Shown piece by piece: positions 9,239 to 17,962 of a stretch of 64,000 nucleotides of DNA. Below the pieces are notes generated by a model. It made no database searches. It had not been told where the DNA came from and worked only from the letters and a program-made list of their open reading frames with translations. The DNA comes from a virus (Duplodnaviria; Caudoviricetes), in IMG/VR virus record IMGVR_UViG_3300010203_000021, positions 7,014-71,013 of that record; one strand, 5' to 3'. Numbering within the stretch: position 1 is the first letter of the stretch; each line of letters opens with the position of its first letter. The translations under genes were made by a program, and so were the position numbers.

Positions 9239-9644
9239 GTCAATTTACGACAATTCAAAAATCGTAAGCCTGCTTATGGAAAAAGAGAAGCGCGAAAGCG
9301 CCCCGGACACGTCGGGGTTGAAAGGTGGTGGAGGCGGTGGCACATTGGATGGCATGGAAACACGCGTCGCCGCACTTGAAGTGCACATGGAATATCTGAA
9401 AAAGGATGTGGCAGACGTCAAAGCTGCTGTCCTGAAAAATTCAGAGTCTCTTGAGACCGTCAAGACGCAGGCTGCCGTTTTGACTGAGCGCGTTTCGCAT
9501 TTGCCAACGGTCGCACAAAGCGTCGCCATGCTTGGTTTGCTGCTCACGCTCATCGCCGGGTTAGTCACGTTCCAAGGGAATATCCAGAGGTTCGTTGGCG
9601 TACCAAGCGCGGTGCCTGCCGCCGCAACTCCAAGCCGATCTTAA
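9228..9644 (+). CDS. Coiled-coil plus C-terminal TM accessory protein
   Basis: LKGGGGGGTLDGMETRVAALE coiled coil, then MLGLLLTLIAGLVTF TM segment; overlaps the upstream ORF. Confidence 0.7.
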   Translation: MSNKSIYDNSKIVSLLMEKEKRESAPDTSGLKGGGGGGTLDGMETRVAALEVHMEYLKKDVADVKAAVLKNSESLETVKTQAAVLTERVSHLPTVAQSVAMLGLLLTLIAGLVTFQGNIQRFVGVPSAVPAAATPSRS

Positions 9645-9665
9645 GAGCATCACCCACCGATCGCG

Positions 9666-9692
9666 GCCCGGCCCATCGCCGGGCTTCTTCAT
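9666..9692 (+). terminator. Intrinsic terminator-like hairpin between convergent genes
   Basis: GCCCGGC-CCATC-GCCGGGC followed by TTCTTCATTT. Confidence 0.6.
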
Positions 9693-9703
9693 TTCGGGCC
9701 GGG

Positions 9704-9928
9704 TCAGTGCGACTCGCCGCCAGCCGACGCGTCATCCAGGCCCCGGATGCACTCCCATTCCTCTGGCGAAAGCGCGGCCTGCAAGACCACATCAACCTCG
9801 TCGAGGTAGCTCATCCACATCGGGCTGCCTTCAAAACTGGCATTTTCAGGGTTGCCAGCTTTGCGGCAAAGGGCGCGCGCGGCCCTCTCCCTTGGCGTTC
9901 GCGCCGCCGTGGTTTTCGAGGCTCGCAT
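9704..9928 (-). CDS. Small hypothetical protein
   Basis: Downstream of cI in the same orientation. Confidence 0.5.
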   Translation of the reverse strand: MRASKTTAARTPRERAARALCRKAGNPENASFEGSPMWMSYLDEVDVVLQAALSPEEWECIRGLDDASAGGESH

Positions 9929-9942
9929 CCGAATTGGCCCCC

Positions 9943-10257
9943 TCAGTGTGACTCGCCGCCGGGCGAGCCCAACCGCTCCTCAACCCGGCGCAAGCGTTCC
10001 TCGAACTCGCTGATGAGCACGCCGTGTCCGATGGCCGACGAGTGATATTCCATCACGGCCCGGCGAAGCCCGACGATTTGCTCGGACAAGCGCTTCTCGA
10101 TTGTCAGCAGGTCGCTGGCGACGTCGGCCCGGAGTGACTGGACTTCCGAGCGCACGTCCGCGATATCGCTCTTGGTCGCCATGGTTTCGCGCACGGTCGC
10201 CATATCGGCCCGCATGTCGCGCAGCAGTTCCAGGATCATGCTTTCGGGTTCGGGCAT
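9943..10257 (-). CDS. Coiled-coil protein co-transcribed with cI
   Basis: Heptad pattern MILELLRDMRADMATVRE...EERLRRVEERL; starts 4 bp after the cI stop. Confidence 0.75.
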   Translation of the reverse strand: MPEPESMILELLRDMRADMATVRETMATKSDIADVRSEVQSLRADVASDLLTIEKRLSEQIVGLRRAVMEYHSSAIGHGVLISEFEERLRRVEERLGSPGGESH

Positions 10258-10261
10258 AACG

Positions 10262-10618
10262 CTAACCGTCTGTTCCGTTTTTTAGAATAACCGTAACCCA
10301 CCGCAACACTTCAGCTTGTTTTTCAGGGGAAACGTCTCTCACTGCCTCAAATATTTTTCTTGGGGCTTCGCCAGCTTTTAGCAGTTCATTTCGAGACGGT
10401 GCATTCGGATTGGTCAGCAAGTCGCTAACCTCTATGCCAAACGCAAAAGCTAGTGGGCCGAGCAAGTCATCGTGGAGACGCTTTTTCCCGGACTCAATTT
10501 CTGAAATCATGCTCTTGGTCATCTCGGCGCGGTCCGCCAAGAATTCCTGCGTCCATCCACGATATTCTCGCCATTCTTTGACGAACCATCGCGGGCGCTT
10601 TGAGCCGATCCTGTCCAT
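10262..10618 (-). CDS. cI: CI-like XRE-family HTH repressor without an S24 peptidase domain
   Basis: WFVKEWREYRGWTQEFLADRAEMTKSMISEIESGKK HTH; divergent from cro across OR. Confidence 0.85.
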   Translation of the reverse strand: MDRIGSKRPRWFVKEWREYRGWTQEFLADRAEMTKSMISEIESGKKRLHDDLLGPLAFAFGIEVSDLLTNPNAPSRNELLKAGEAPRKIFEAVRDVSPEKQAEVLRWVTVILKNGTDG

Positions 10619-10651
10619 ACACCATTGTCGCAAAAGACGTTCGTGAATGCG

Positions 10652-10702
10652 TTACGCAAATTGCGAACTTTCTGATTGACAGAGTGTTCGTGAAATACGA
10701 AC
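10652..10702 (+). promoter_or_regulatory. OR/PR: two 17-bp operators flanking a TTGACA -35 element
   Basis: TTACGC-AAATT-GCGAAC (10652-10668) and GTTCGT-GAAAT-ACGAAC (10686-10702); 17-bp spacer TTTCTGATTGACAGAGT, nearly the same as at OL. Confidence 0.88.
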
Positions 10703-10711
10703 ATTGCGGCC

Positions 10712-10936
10712 ATGACACACCCCGTCCGCCAATTCCGCCGAGACGCTGGCCTTACCCTTTCGGCGCTCGCTGACAAGACCGGCTTGAGTAAGTCGTATCT
10801 CTCAGAAATTGAGACGTTTCGGCGCAAGGCTGGCCGTGATGCGATTGCTTCAATCTGCGACGCGACTGGGCTTGATCCGCGCGTGTTCTTCGCAAAATGC
10901 GCTGAAGATAGCACGCATAGCGGAGACGCAGCATGA
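10712..10936 (+). CDS. cro: Cro-like HTH protein
   Basis: VRQFRRDAGLTLSALADKTGLSKSYLSEIET HTH; first gene after OR. Confidence 0.85.
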   Translation: MTHPVRQFRRDAGLTLSALADKTGLSKSYLSEIETFRRKAGRDAIASICDATGLDPRVFFAKCAEDSTHSGDAA

Positions 10937-11489
10937 GCCGCGAGCGCACGTCATTTGCGCCGATCGGCGCCACCAGGGTTCGGCCGTTTGGCCGGACGAT
11001 TGCCCTCTTGGGCAGCATCCTCCCCGCCTGCCGGGCGCTTTGGCGTCCGGCTTTTTTCTCGCTGGGCGGGGATCGTCGGGGCGTTTTTCCGGCGCCGTCT
11101 GACGACGTTAAAATCGAGAAAAAAGCGGTCCAACATTGTGTCGTCGATTGCCGCGCGCAGTTCGCTGTTCCTGTCTGCGGAGATCGCGAACAGGCACAGA
11201 GCGCGCCAACTCTCGGCGGTGATCCGACCAGCTTCCAATTTTTTTCCTCCCGACAGCATCGCGCCGCCGCTGGTTGCCCGGCGACGGCTCGCGATTTCGT
11301 CCGAATTTGCGTGGTGTTGTGATGACCCTCTGCGCGCCTTCCACCTTTCCGACTGACTTGGCCTCATCCGCCAAGATCGATCCTCGTCAGTCTTCGATGG
11401 TGGGCCGCGCGGTGGGTGTGGCATCTGGTTCGTCTTCCGCTTCCGTCTCTCGACCTTCGATGCGTGAACAATCGCGTATCGGAGGCCAA

Positions 11490-11849
11490 ATGTCTGGTCA
11501 AAAAAGCGGGCAAACTTGCCTAAAAAACAAGGGCAACTCTGCCCATTGCACGGTGAGCGCGGCGGTTGCTTTTGTCGAAAAGCTCTATCCGCACAAGCCG
11601 GCTCAAGCCCTTCATCACGATACGAAAATCAGCCCTGAGACTTTCAGGAATTGGAAGGACGGGACCAGCGCGCCGACGTGGCGGCACACGATGGCGCTGA
11701 TCCGCGCATACGGCCTGCCTTTCGTCGCTGCCGTCATGCCTGACAACGAAGAAATCGTCGTCGCCGCCATGAGGGCGGAAATTGAAAAGCGCCGGTCTGA
11801 TCTGGACGCTCGCTTTGCGGAATTGAAGGCGCGCGAAGCTCGGGTTTGA
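11490..11849 (+). CDS. CII-like HTH regulator
   Basis: GGAGG RBS; KPAQALHHDTKISPETFRNWKDGTSAP HTH; position downstream of cro. Confidence 0.65.
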   Translation: MSGQKSGQTCLKNKGNSAHCTVSAAVAFVEKLYPHKPAQALHHDTKISPETFRNWKDGTSAPTWRHTMALIRAYGLPFVAAVMPDNEEIVVAAMRAEIEKRRSDLDARFAELKAREARV

Positions 11850-12229
11850 CCCGGTTTTTCAGCACCGCGCGCTCTATCTCACACTCGTTTTGGACGAACC
11901 CGAATGTCTATCCCACGCAAGGTCTCGCGCAAGGCGATGATCTGGACTGCCAGGATTTTCAACAAGATTGGCAGCGTCTTCGATGCGTGCGCCGAATGGA
12001 TTTTGGACAAGGTCGACGAGTTCGACGCCAGCATCGACGGGCCTCCGTGACGGCGGCGCCCCGGCTTTTTTGCCGCGCTCCGGCGAGGAGCGTCAGCCCT
12101 CCCACAACGATCAACGCCGCCTTCGGCGAACCGGTTCACCGCCAAGGCCCAACAAGATCGCGTGAGGGTGGCCAAGGTCGAGAGAAACACCGCGCGCGGC
12201 GGTCCCGCGCATCAGGAAGGACAGAGGAA

Positions 12230-12421
12230 ATGACCATCGCTCGTCTGATGCCGAAGCACATGGAGCCCATTGAGGTCGTCCGTGCTCGGAACATCCACAA
12301 TTCGGCGCCGCTCGTTCGCGCCAAGAAGCGCCGGCCCGCCGCCAGCTATCGGGCGGCGACACGCCCCGAACGGCTAGCGCGCAAGCTCGCTGAACGCGCG
12401 GCGCACCGGGCCAGCGCGTAA
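12230..12421 (+). CDS. Small basic hypothetical protein
   Basis: GAGG RBS before ATG 12230. Confidence 0.5.
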   Translation: MTIARLMPKHMEPIEVVRARNIHNSAPLVRAKKRRPAASYRAATRPERLARKLAERAAHRASA

Positions 12422-12456
12422 TCAGCCGCGCTTTTCCACGAAAGGAAGGAAATCAA

Positions 12457-12942
12457 ATGTCTGGCGACGAAAACGAAGTTGAGAAGCTGCCATCGCGGGA
12501 GGTTCTGAAATCTCTCGTCCTGCTGGCGGAGCAGACGAAGAAGAAGACGTCGGCGGCGACCGGCGAACTCGGCGCCCGCGTCAAAGCGCAGGTGGAAGAA
12601 GGCGACCTGAATGCCCACGCCTTTCGCATCCTGGCGGCGCTGCACCGCATGGACGAACTCAAGCGCAATGCCACCATCGATCATCTCTTGGCCTACATCG
12701 AGATCGCGCAGGAGACGATCTGGGACGATGGCCACGTCGGCGACCTCGACAAGCTCGCCAGGCAGGAAGCCGACGACGAGGAAGACGCTCAGGCCGCTGC
12801 TGACGCCGCTCACGTCGCCAAGAACGTGAAGGCGCTGGAAAAGGGCATCTCGGAACTTCCGCCCGAAGAAGCCGCCGCGTCCAAGAAACGGTCGCCCAAG
12901 GTCGTCGGGTTCCCCGGCGCCGAAGGGAAGGCGCTCAATTGA
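12457..12942 (+). CDS. Possible divergent GapR/DUF2312-like DNA-binding protein with acidic tail
   Basis: GELGARVKAQVEEGDLNAHAFRILAALHRMDELKRNATIDHLLAY parallels the GapR pattern DIKDVYAEAK..GFD.KALR.II.LRK.D...R.E...L..Y (by eye). Confidence 0.45.
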   Translation: MSGDENEVEKLPSREVLKSLVLLAEQTKKKTSAATGELGARVKAQVEEGDLNAHAFRILAALHRMDELKRNATIDHLLAYIEIAQETIWDDGHVGDLDKLARQEADDEEDAQAAADAAHVAKNVKALEKGISELPPEEAAASKKRSPKVVGFPGAEGKALN

Positions 12943-13511
12943 CCAAAGCCCTCGCTCTCGATCTTGCTGGCCTCACGGGCTATTGCGTCGGCGTCGCCGG
13001 CGAAACGCCGCGCGTTGGGACATGGCGCCTTCGGAAGCGGGGGCAAACCTCCGAAGACGCCGCGCGCAATCTTGGGTGCCTCCTGCGCGATATGTTCGTG
13101 CTGGACTTGCCAGACATTATTTTTGCCGAAGATTTCATGAGCCTCGCCGCCCAGCTGTCGGCGGATTCTGGCGAAATGGCGCTGCGGCTGCACGGCGCAT
13201 TGGACGCGGTTGCGGGGGCCTACGGAATCCCGGTGCGCCGCACGTCGGCTGCGACCATCAGGGTTCATTTTATCGGCAAGGCGACGGCGCATCCTCCCCG
13301 CAAGCGTGGCGATCCGCCGCGCACCGCGCGCCAGAAAGCGCAGATGCGCGAGGACACGAAGCGCCTCGTTTGGAGGCGCGCCGTCCAACTCGGCTACATC
13401 GCGCGCGGCGAGACCGAGCAGTTCGATATTTCCGACGCGATCGCAGTCTTTGACCATGGGGTCTCGACCTTCTGCAAGGTCCAGCGCTTCCAGCTTTTTG
13501 CCGAGGCCTGA
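12939..13511 (+). CDS. RuvC-like Holliday junction resolvase/nuclease
   Basis: LALDLAGLTGYC, IFAED, D.SDAIAV RNase H-fold acidic motifs. Confidence 0.7.
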   Translation: MTKALALDLAGLTGYCVGVAGETPRVGTWRLRKRGQTSEDAARNLGCLLRDMFVLDLPDIIFAEDFMSLAAQLSADSGEMALRLHGALDAVAGAYGIPVRRTSAATIRVHFIGKATAHPPRKRGDPPRTARQKAQMREDTKRLVWRRAVQLGYIARGETEQFDISDAIAVFDHGVSTFCKVQRFQLFAEA

Positions 13512-13514
13512 GCG

Positions 13515-13709
13515 ATGAAGCGCCCGCAACCCGCGCCATCGCTCGGCCTGTTCGGCACCGCGCCGCAGCCGCCGGCGGGCAATCCCGGCGATCAAATCTG
13601 CATCGTCTGCAAATCGCGCCGCGCCTGGTTCGGCCGGCGGATCAAGCGCGATGAGTACCGCTGGGCCTGCGCTCAGCACCGCGCCGAACTCGACACCCTC
13701 AACCCCTGA
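13515..13709 (+). CDS. Small Cys-containing (zinc-ribbon-like) protein
   Basis: CIVC...WACAQH. Confidence 0.6.
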   Translation: MKRPQPAPSLGLFGTAPQPPAGNPGDQICIVCKSRRAWFGRRIKRDEYRWACAQHRAELDTLNP

Positions 13710-13729
13710 CCCCGGAGCGCGCCACCCCC

Positions 13730-14986
13730 ATGGTTTACGGCACTATCACTCCACCTGGCACAACGCCGTTGACGATTGAGGTCAATGGCGTCGTCGCCGT
13801 GAAGCTCGACAATCTCGCCAAAGAGCGCGGGCAGACTCGCACGCGGTTCATCACCGACCTGTTCTTGGCTGCGTATTCGGCGCGCATCAAGCCGACTGGA
13901 GACGCGGCCCTCGACGCCGCCGTGCGCGATCTCGATGCGCCGTGCAGGAGCAGCACAAAACTGCAGGAGCTGCAGGAGCAGCACAAAACTGCAGGCGAAG
14001 CCGAGGATGGCAGGGCGGCGCTGCAGGCGATGCTCAAGACCCTACAGCAGAATTACGCCGCGAAAGAGCAAGAGTTGCGCGCCGTGCGCGCTGAACTGGC
14101 GGGTGCCAAGAAGTCGTCCGGCCCAGATCAGTCCGGCAACGTCCTCGAACTGCGTCGGAAGGCCATCGAAGCTGACGCTGTGATCGCGCGGGTGAAGCGT
14201 GAGGCCGCAGCCGAAGTCGCCGCGATGCGGAAGGAGCTGGAAGCCGCAGCGAAGGCCACGCGCGACGCCGGCAACAAGATCGGTGGGCTGACCGCCGAGA
14301 ACATGCGCCTGAAGAAGGCGAACGAGGCAGCGGCCGCAGATACGCGCGTCGTCGACGAACTGCGCCGGCAGATTGCCGAACTGACCAAGGAACGCGACAA
14401 GGCGGCTGATGCGCTTGTCGCGGCGGGGCAGGAGATCGAGCGGTGCGGGGATGCAGAGCGCGCCGCTGCTGACGAGTGCGAAAGCTTGCGGGAGCAGTTG
14501 CGCCGGGAGGCTGCGGCCGCCGCCAAGGAGATCGCCGCGCTCAAACGGCAGATTTGCGAGCACCAGGAAGCGCGGTTGGCGCTGGCCCGCAAGATTTCCG
14601 AGCAAGACGCCGCCATCCTCAGCCTGAGGGACCAGAACGCGGCGCTCCAAAAGCAGCAGCCTGTCGAAAGCCTCCCGCCGATGCTGCACGGCGCCGCCGG
14701 CGAGATCGCCAAAATCTGGTCGGCGATTAACGAGCTTCGAGCCAAGATTTTGGGGCCGGCTCCAGCGCCCGAGCCAGCGCGTCTATCCCCTCAGGAGGAG
14801 GCCGATCTTCTTTCCGCCGCCGTGGTCAAATCCATCAGGGGATTCCGCGCCGCCGGCAACGACATGGCCGCGATCTCCCGGTTCACCGGCGCCAGCGTCG
14901 AAGCGGTCAAGATCATCTGTGGCCTCGCGCCGACGAAGACCCAGCAAGACCTCGCCGCCGCGAAGGCGAAGGTGGGTGCGCGATGA
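13730..14986 (+). CDS. N-terminal ribbon-helix-helix-like domain plus long coiled coil
   Basis: LTIEVNGVVAVKLDNLAKERGQTRTRFITDL followed by ~250 aa of heptad repeats. Confidence 0.65.
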   Translation: MVYGTITPPGTTPLTIEVNGVVAVKLDNLAKERGQTRTRFITDLFLAAYSARIKPTGDAALDAAVRDLDAPCRSSTKLQELQEQHKTAGEAEDGRAALQAMLKTLQQNYAAKEQELRAVRAELAGAKKSSGPDQSGNVLELRRKAIEADAVIARVKREAAAEVAAMRKELEAAAKATRDAGNKIGGLTAENMRLKKANEAAAADTRVVDELRRQIAELTKERDKAADALVAAGQEIERCGDAERAAADECESLREQLRREAAAAAKEIAALKRQICEHQEARLALARKISEQDAAILSLRDQNAALQKQQPVESLPPMLHGAAGEIAKIWSAINELRAKILGPAPAPEPARLSPQEEADLLSAAVVKSIRGFRAAGNDMAAISRFTGASVEAVKIICGLAPTKTQQDLAAAKAKVGAR

Positions 14987-16374
14987 ATGACGCCTATCAC
15001 GCCTTTCTCGACCGCAAGCGCATGATCGACCCCGCGACAGGGATGGACCATGTTCAGGCGCTTCCTGATTTCCTCAAGCCCCACCAGCGCGACATTACGT
15101 CCTGGGCTCTCCGTAGAGGCCGCGCGGCGATCTTCGCCGGCACCGGGCTCGGGAAGACGCTTATGGAGTTGCTGTGGGCGTCGCGAGTTGCCGAACACAC
15201 GCAGAAGCCCGTCCTCACCTTTGCGCCGCTTGCCGTTTCGCAGCAGCATATTCGCGAGTCCGAAAAGTTCGGCCTGTCCGCGTTTCTCGCGCGCGTGCAG
15301 GAAGATGTTCGGAACGGCGTCCTCGTCACCAACTATCAGAAGATCGAGCATTTCGACCTTCGTGAGTTCGGCGGATGCGCCCTTGACGAATCCAGCATCC
15401 TGAAATCGACCGACGGTCACTATCGGACCCGGCTGATTGAGGAATGCTCGCAGATCCCGTTTCGGCTTGCCGCGACCGCGACGCCGGCGCCGAACGATTT
15501 CATGGAGCTTGGCAACCATGCCGAGTTCTTGGGGGTCATGTCCTATACCGACATGCTTTCCACGTTCTTTGTCCACGACGGCGGTGAGACGCAGAAATGG
15601 CGCCTCAAGGGCCATGCCGAGAACGATTTCTGGAAGTGGATGGCCTCTTGGGCGGTGATGATCCGCAAGCCGTCCGATCTTGGCTATGACGACGCCGGAT
15701 ATGACCTTCCCCCGCTGAACCAGCACCAGCATGCCGTCGGCGTCGAGTACGCGCCCAGCATGGAAACCGGGTTGCTGTTTCCGATGGAAGCCCGGTCAAT
15801 GTCCGAGCGCCTGGCGGCGCGGCGCGACACGGTCAAAGAGCGCGTCGAGATGGCCGCGAGCATCACGCCGACCGATCGACCATTTGTTTGGTGGTGCAAT
15901 CTCAATTCCGAAAGCGAACAGCTTGCTAAGGCGATCCCCGGCGCGGTCGAAGTGCGTGGATCGGATCGAGAGGAAGACAAGGAGCGCAAGCTCATTGATT
16001 TCTCGGAAGGCCGCATTCGCGTTCTGATCACAAAGCCGTCGATCTGCGGTTTTGGCATGAACTGGCAGCATTGCGCGGACACCGGGTTCGTCGGTCTGAA
16101 CGACAGCTTTGAGCAGGTCTATCAGGCGGTGCGCCGCTTTTGGCGGTTTGGCCAGACCAAGCCCGTCAACGTTCATTTCATAGCCGCAGAGACAGAAGGC
16201 GCCGTCGTCGCCAATCTCCGCCGCAAAGAGCATGACGCCGAGCGCATGGCGGCGGCCCTGGTGGCGCATATGGCCGATCTGAGCGCCGCGAATATCCGAG
16301 GCATGGTTCGCGACAAGCCGAACTATGACCCGCAACAACCCCTTGTCCTTCCATCATTCCTTGAGGTCGCGTGA
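14983..16374 (+). CDS. SNF2/DEAD-like superfamily 2 helicase
   Basis: GTGLGKT, LDESSILK, ATATP, QAVRRFWRFGQ motifs. Confidence 0.92.
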   Translation: MNDAYHAFLDRKRMIDPATGMDHVQALPDFLKPHQRDITSWALRRGRAAIFAGTGLGKTLMELLWASRVAEHTQKPVLTFAPLAVSQQHIRESEKFGLSAFLARVQEDVRNGVLVTNYQKIEHFDLREFGGCALDESSILKSTDGHYRTRLIEECSQIPFRLAATATPAPNDFMELGNHAEFLGVMSYTDMLSTFFVHDGGETQKWRLKGHAENDFWKWMASWAVMIRKPSDLGYDDAGYDLPPLNQHQHAVGVEYAPSMETGLLFPMEARSMSERLAARRDTVKERVEMAASITPTDRPFVWWCNLNSESEQLAKAIPGAVEVRGSDREEDKERKLIDFSEGRIRVLITKPSICGFGMNWQHCADTGFVGLNDSFEQVYQAVRRFWRFGQTKPVNVHFIAAETEGAVVANLRRKEHDAERMAAALVAHMADLSAANIRGMVRDKPNYDPQQPLVLPSFLEVA

Positions 16375-17393
16375 TGCTTATCAAAGCTGTTGATCAGGTC
16401 GTGGCGCCAGAATATGCGATCTACCAGGGCGATTGCTGCGAACTTATTCGCGCCATGCCGGGCGAGAGCGTCCATTTTGGGATTCATTCTCCGCCATTTG
16501 AGGGGCTCTACAAGTTTTCCAATTACGATCGCGACATCTCGAACAACGAGGGGGCGGCGTTCTGGGAGCATTATGCGTTCCTGATCCAAGAACTTTTGCG
16601 CGTCACCAAGCCCGGGCGGATCCACGCAGTTCACTGCATGCAATTGCCCATGTCCAAGATCCGGCATGGCAATATCGGCATGCGCGATTTCCGTGGAGAA
16701 ATCGTCCGCGCCTATGAAGACGCGGGTTGGGTCTTTCATAGCGAGATTTGCATTTGGAAAGACCCGGTGATCGCCCAGCAGCGCACCAAGTCCATCCGGC
16801 TTCTGCACAAGCAAATCACGAAGGACAGCGCGATCAGCGGGCAGGGGCTAGCCGACTACGTCGTGACTTTCCGCAAGCCTGGGGAAAACCCTGAGCCTGT
16901 CTCCGGCATGTTTGAGGAATTTGTCGGCACCGGCCTCGACGTCTCGCGTGAGGCGTATGAGCGCCATGCGGCCAAGACGCGCGCCGAAGGCAAGAAACCT
17001 TGGCCCTTCGACATGTGGGTGTCCGTGCTCGTCTGGCAGCGCTACGCGTCGCCGGTGTGGATGGACATTGACCAAACCCGCACTCTGCAAAACAAGCGGT
17101 TCAACCCGGCCGCGCAAGATGAGCGCGACGAGAACGACGAACAGCACATTTCGCCGCTGCAACTCGACGTGATCGAGCGCTGCATTGATTTGTGGAGCAA
17201 CCCCGGTGATGTGGTCTTAACCCCATTCCTCGGGATCGGTTCCGAAATTTGGGCCGCGGTCAACATGGGCCGCAAAGGCATTGGGTTCGAACTCAAGCCG
17301 TCATATTTTTCCCAGGCTAAGCGCAACATCGCGCATCTCGTCGAAAGCAAAAAAGGGAAGAAGCAGGGCGGTCTTTTCGAGGCTGCGGAATGA
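16371..17393 (+). CDS. N4-C/N6-A DNA methyltransferase (beta class)
   Basis: SPPF catalytic motif before VLTPFLGIGSE SAM-binding motif. Confidence 0.92.
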   Translation: MMLIKAVDQVVAPEYAIYQGDCCELIRAMPGESVHFGIHSPPFEGLYKFSNYDRDISNNEGAAFWEHYAFLIQELLRVTKPGRIHAVHCMQLPMSKIRHGNIGMRDFRGEIVRAYEDAGWVFHSEICIWKDPVIAQQRTKSIRLLHKQITKDSAISGQGLADYVVTFRKPGENPEPVSGMFEEFVGTGLDVSREAYERHAAKTRAEGKKPWPFDMWVSVLVWQRYASPVWMDIDQTRTLQNKRFNPAAQDERDENDEQHISPLQLDVIERCIDLWSNPGDVVLTPFLGIGSEIWAAVNMGRKGIGFELKPSYFSQAKRNIAHLVESKKGKKQGGLFEAAE

Positions 17394-17962
17394 TCTGGCC
17401 TTTTGGCGATCTTCGCCCGCTCTCCTACGGCTTGGGCATAATTGATCCCCCTTGGCGGCACGAGCTTCGTTCTGAAAAGGGCGTCACGCAGAAAGCTGCG
17501 GGCGGCCAATATCAAACGATGACCATGGCGGAAATCGCCGCACTGCCGGTCGCCGGCTTGTTCCGCGGCGACGCTGTGATCATCACATGGGCGACCCACG
17601 CCATGATCGACCAGCAGATTGAGGTCACGCGCAAGTGGGGGCTAAATTTCAGCACGACCGGGGTGTGGGTTAAGCGCACGAAGAACGGCAAGCTGGCGTT
17701 CGGCACCGGCCAACGCCTGCGCTGCGCCAGTGAACCGTTCATAGTTTCGACTCTCGGATCTCCGCTGACTTCCAAGAGCATTCGCACAGTCATCGAAGGC
17801 GAGGTTCGCGAGCATTCCCGTAAGCCCGACGCGGCATATGCGATGGCCGAGGCGCTCTATCCGACAGCTTTGAACCGCTGCGATATTTTCAGCCGAGAGA
17901 CGCGTCCAGGCTGGGAAAATTGGGGCTTTGAAGCGACCAAGTTCGACGGAGCCGCCGCATGA
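17390..17962 (+). CDS. MT-A70-family adenine methyltransferase
   Basis: IIDPPW, WAT, W.K.TKNG...G.G..LR..SE, HSRKPD. Confidence 0.93.
   Translation: MIWPFGDLRPLSYGLGIIDPPWRHELRSEKGVTQKAAGGQYQTMTMAEIAALPVAGLFRGDAVIITWATHAMIDQQIEVTRKWGLNFSTTGVWVKRTKNGKLAFGTGQRLRCASEPFIVSTLGSPLTSKSIRTVIEGEVREHSRKPDAAYAMAEALYPTALNRCDIFSRETRPGWENWGFEATKFDGAAA

Noticed and set aside
10639-10702. Alphaproteobacterial LexA box (GTTC-N7-GTTC)
   Set aside because: The GTTC/GAAC half-sites are inverted (17-bp palindromes), not direct repeats at N7 spacing, so they fit a CI operator better.
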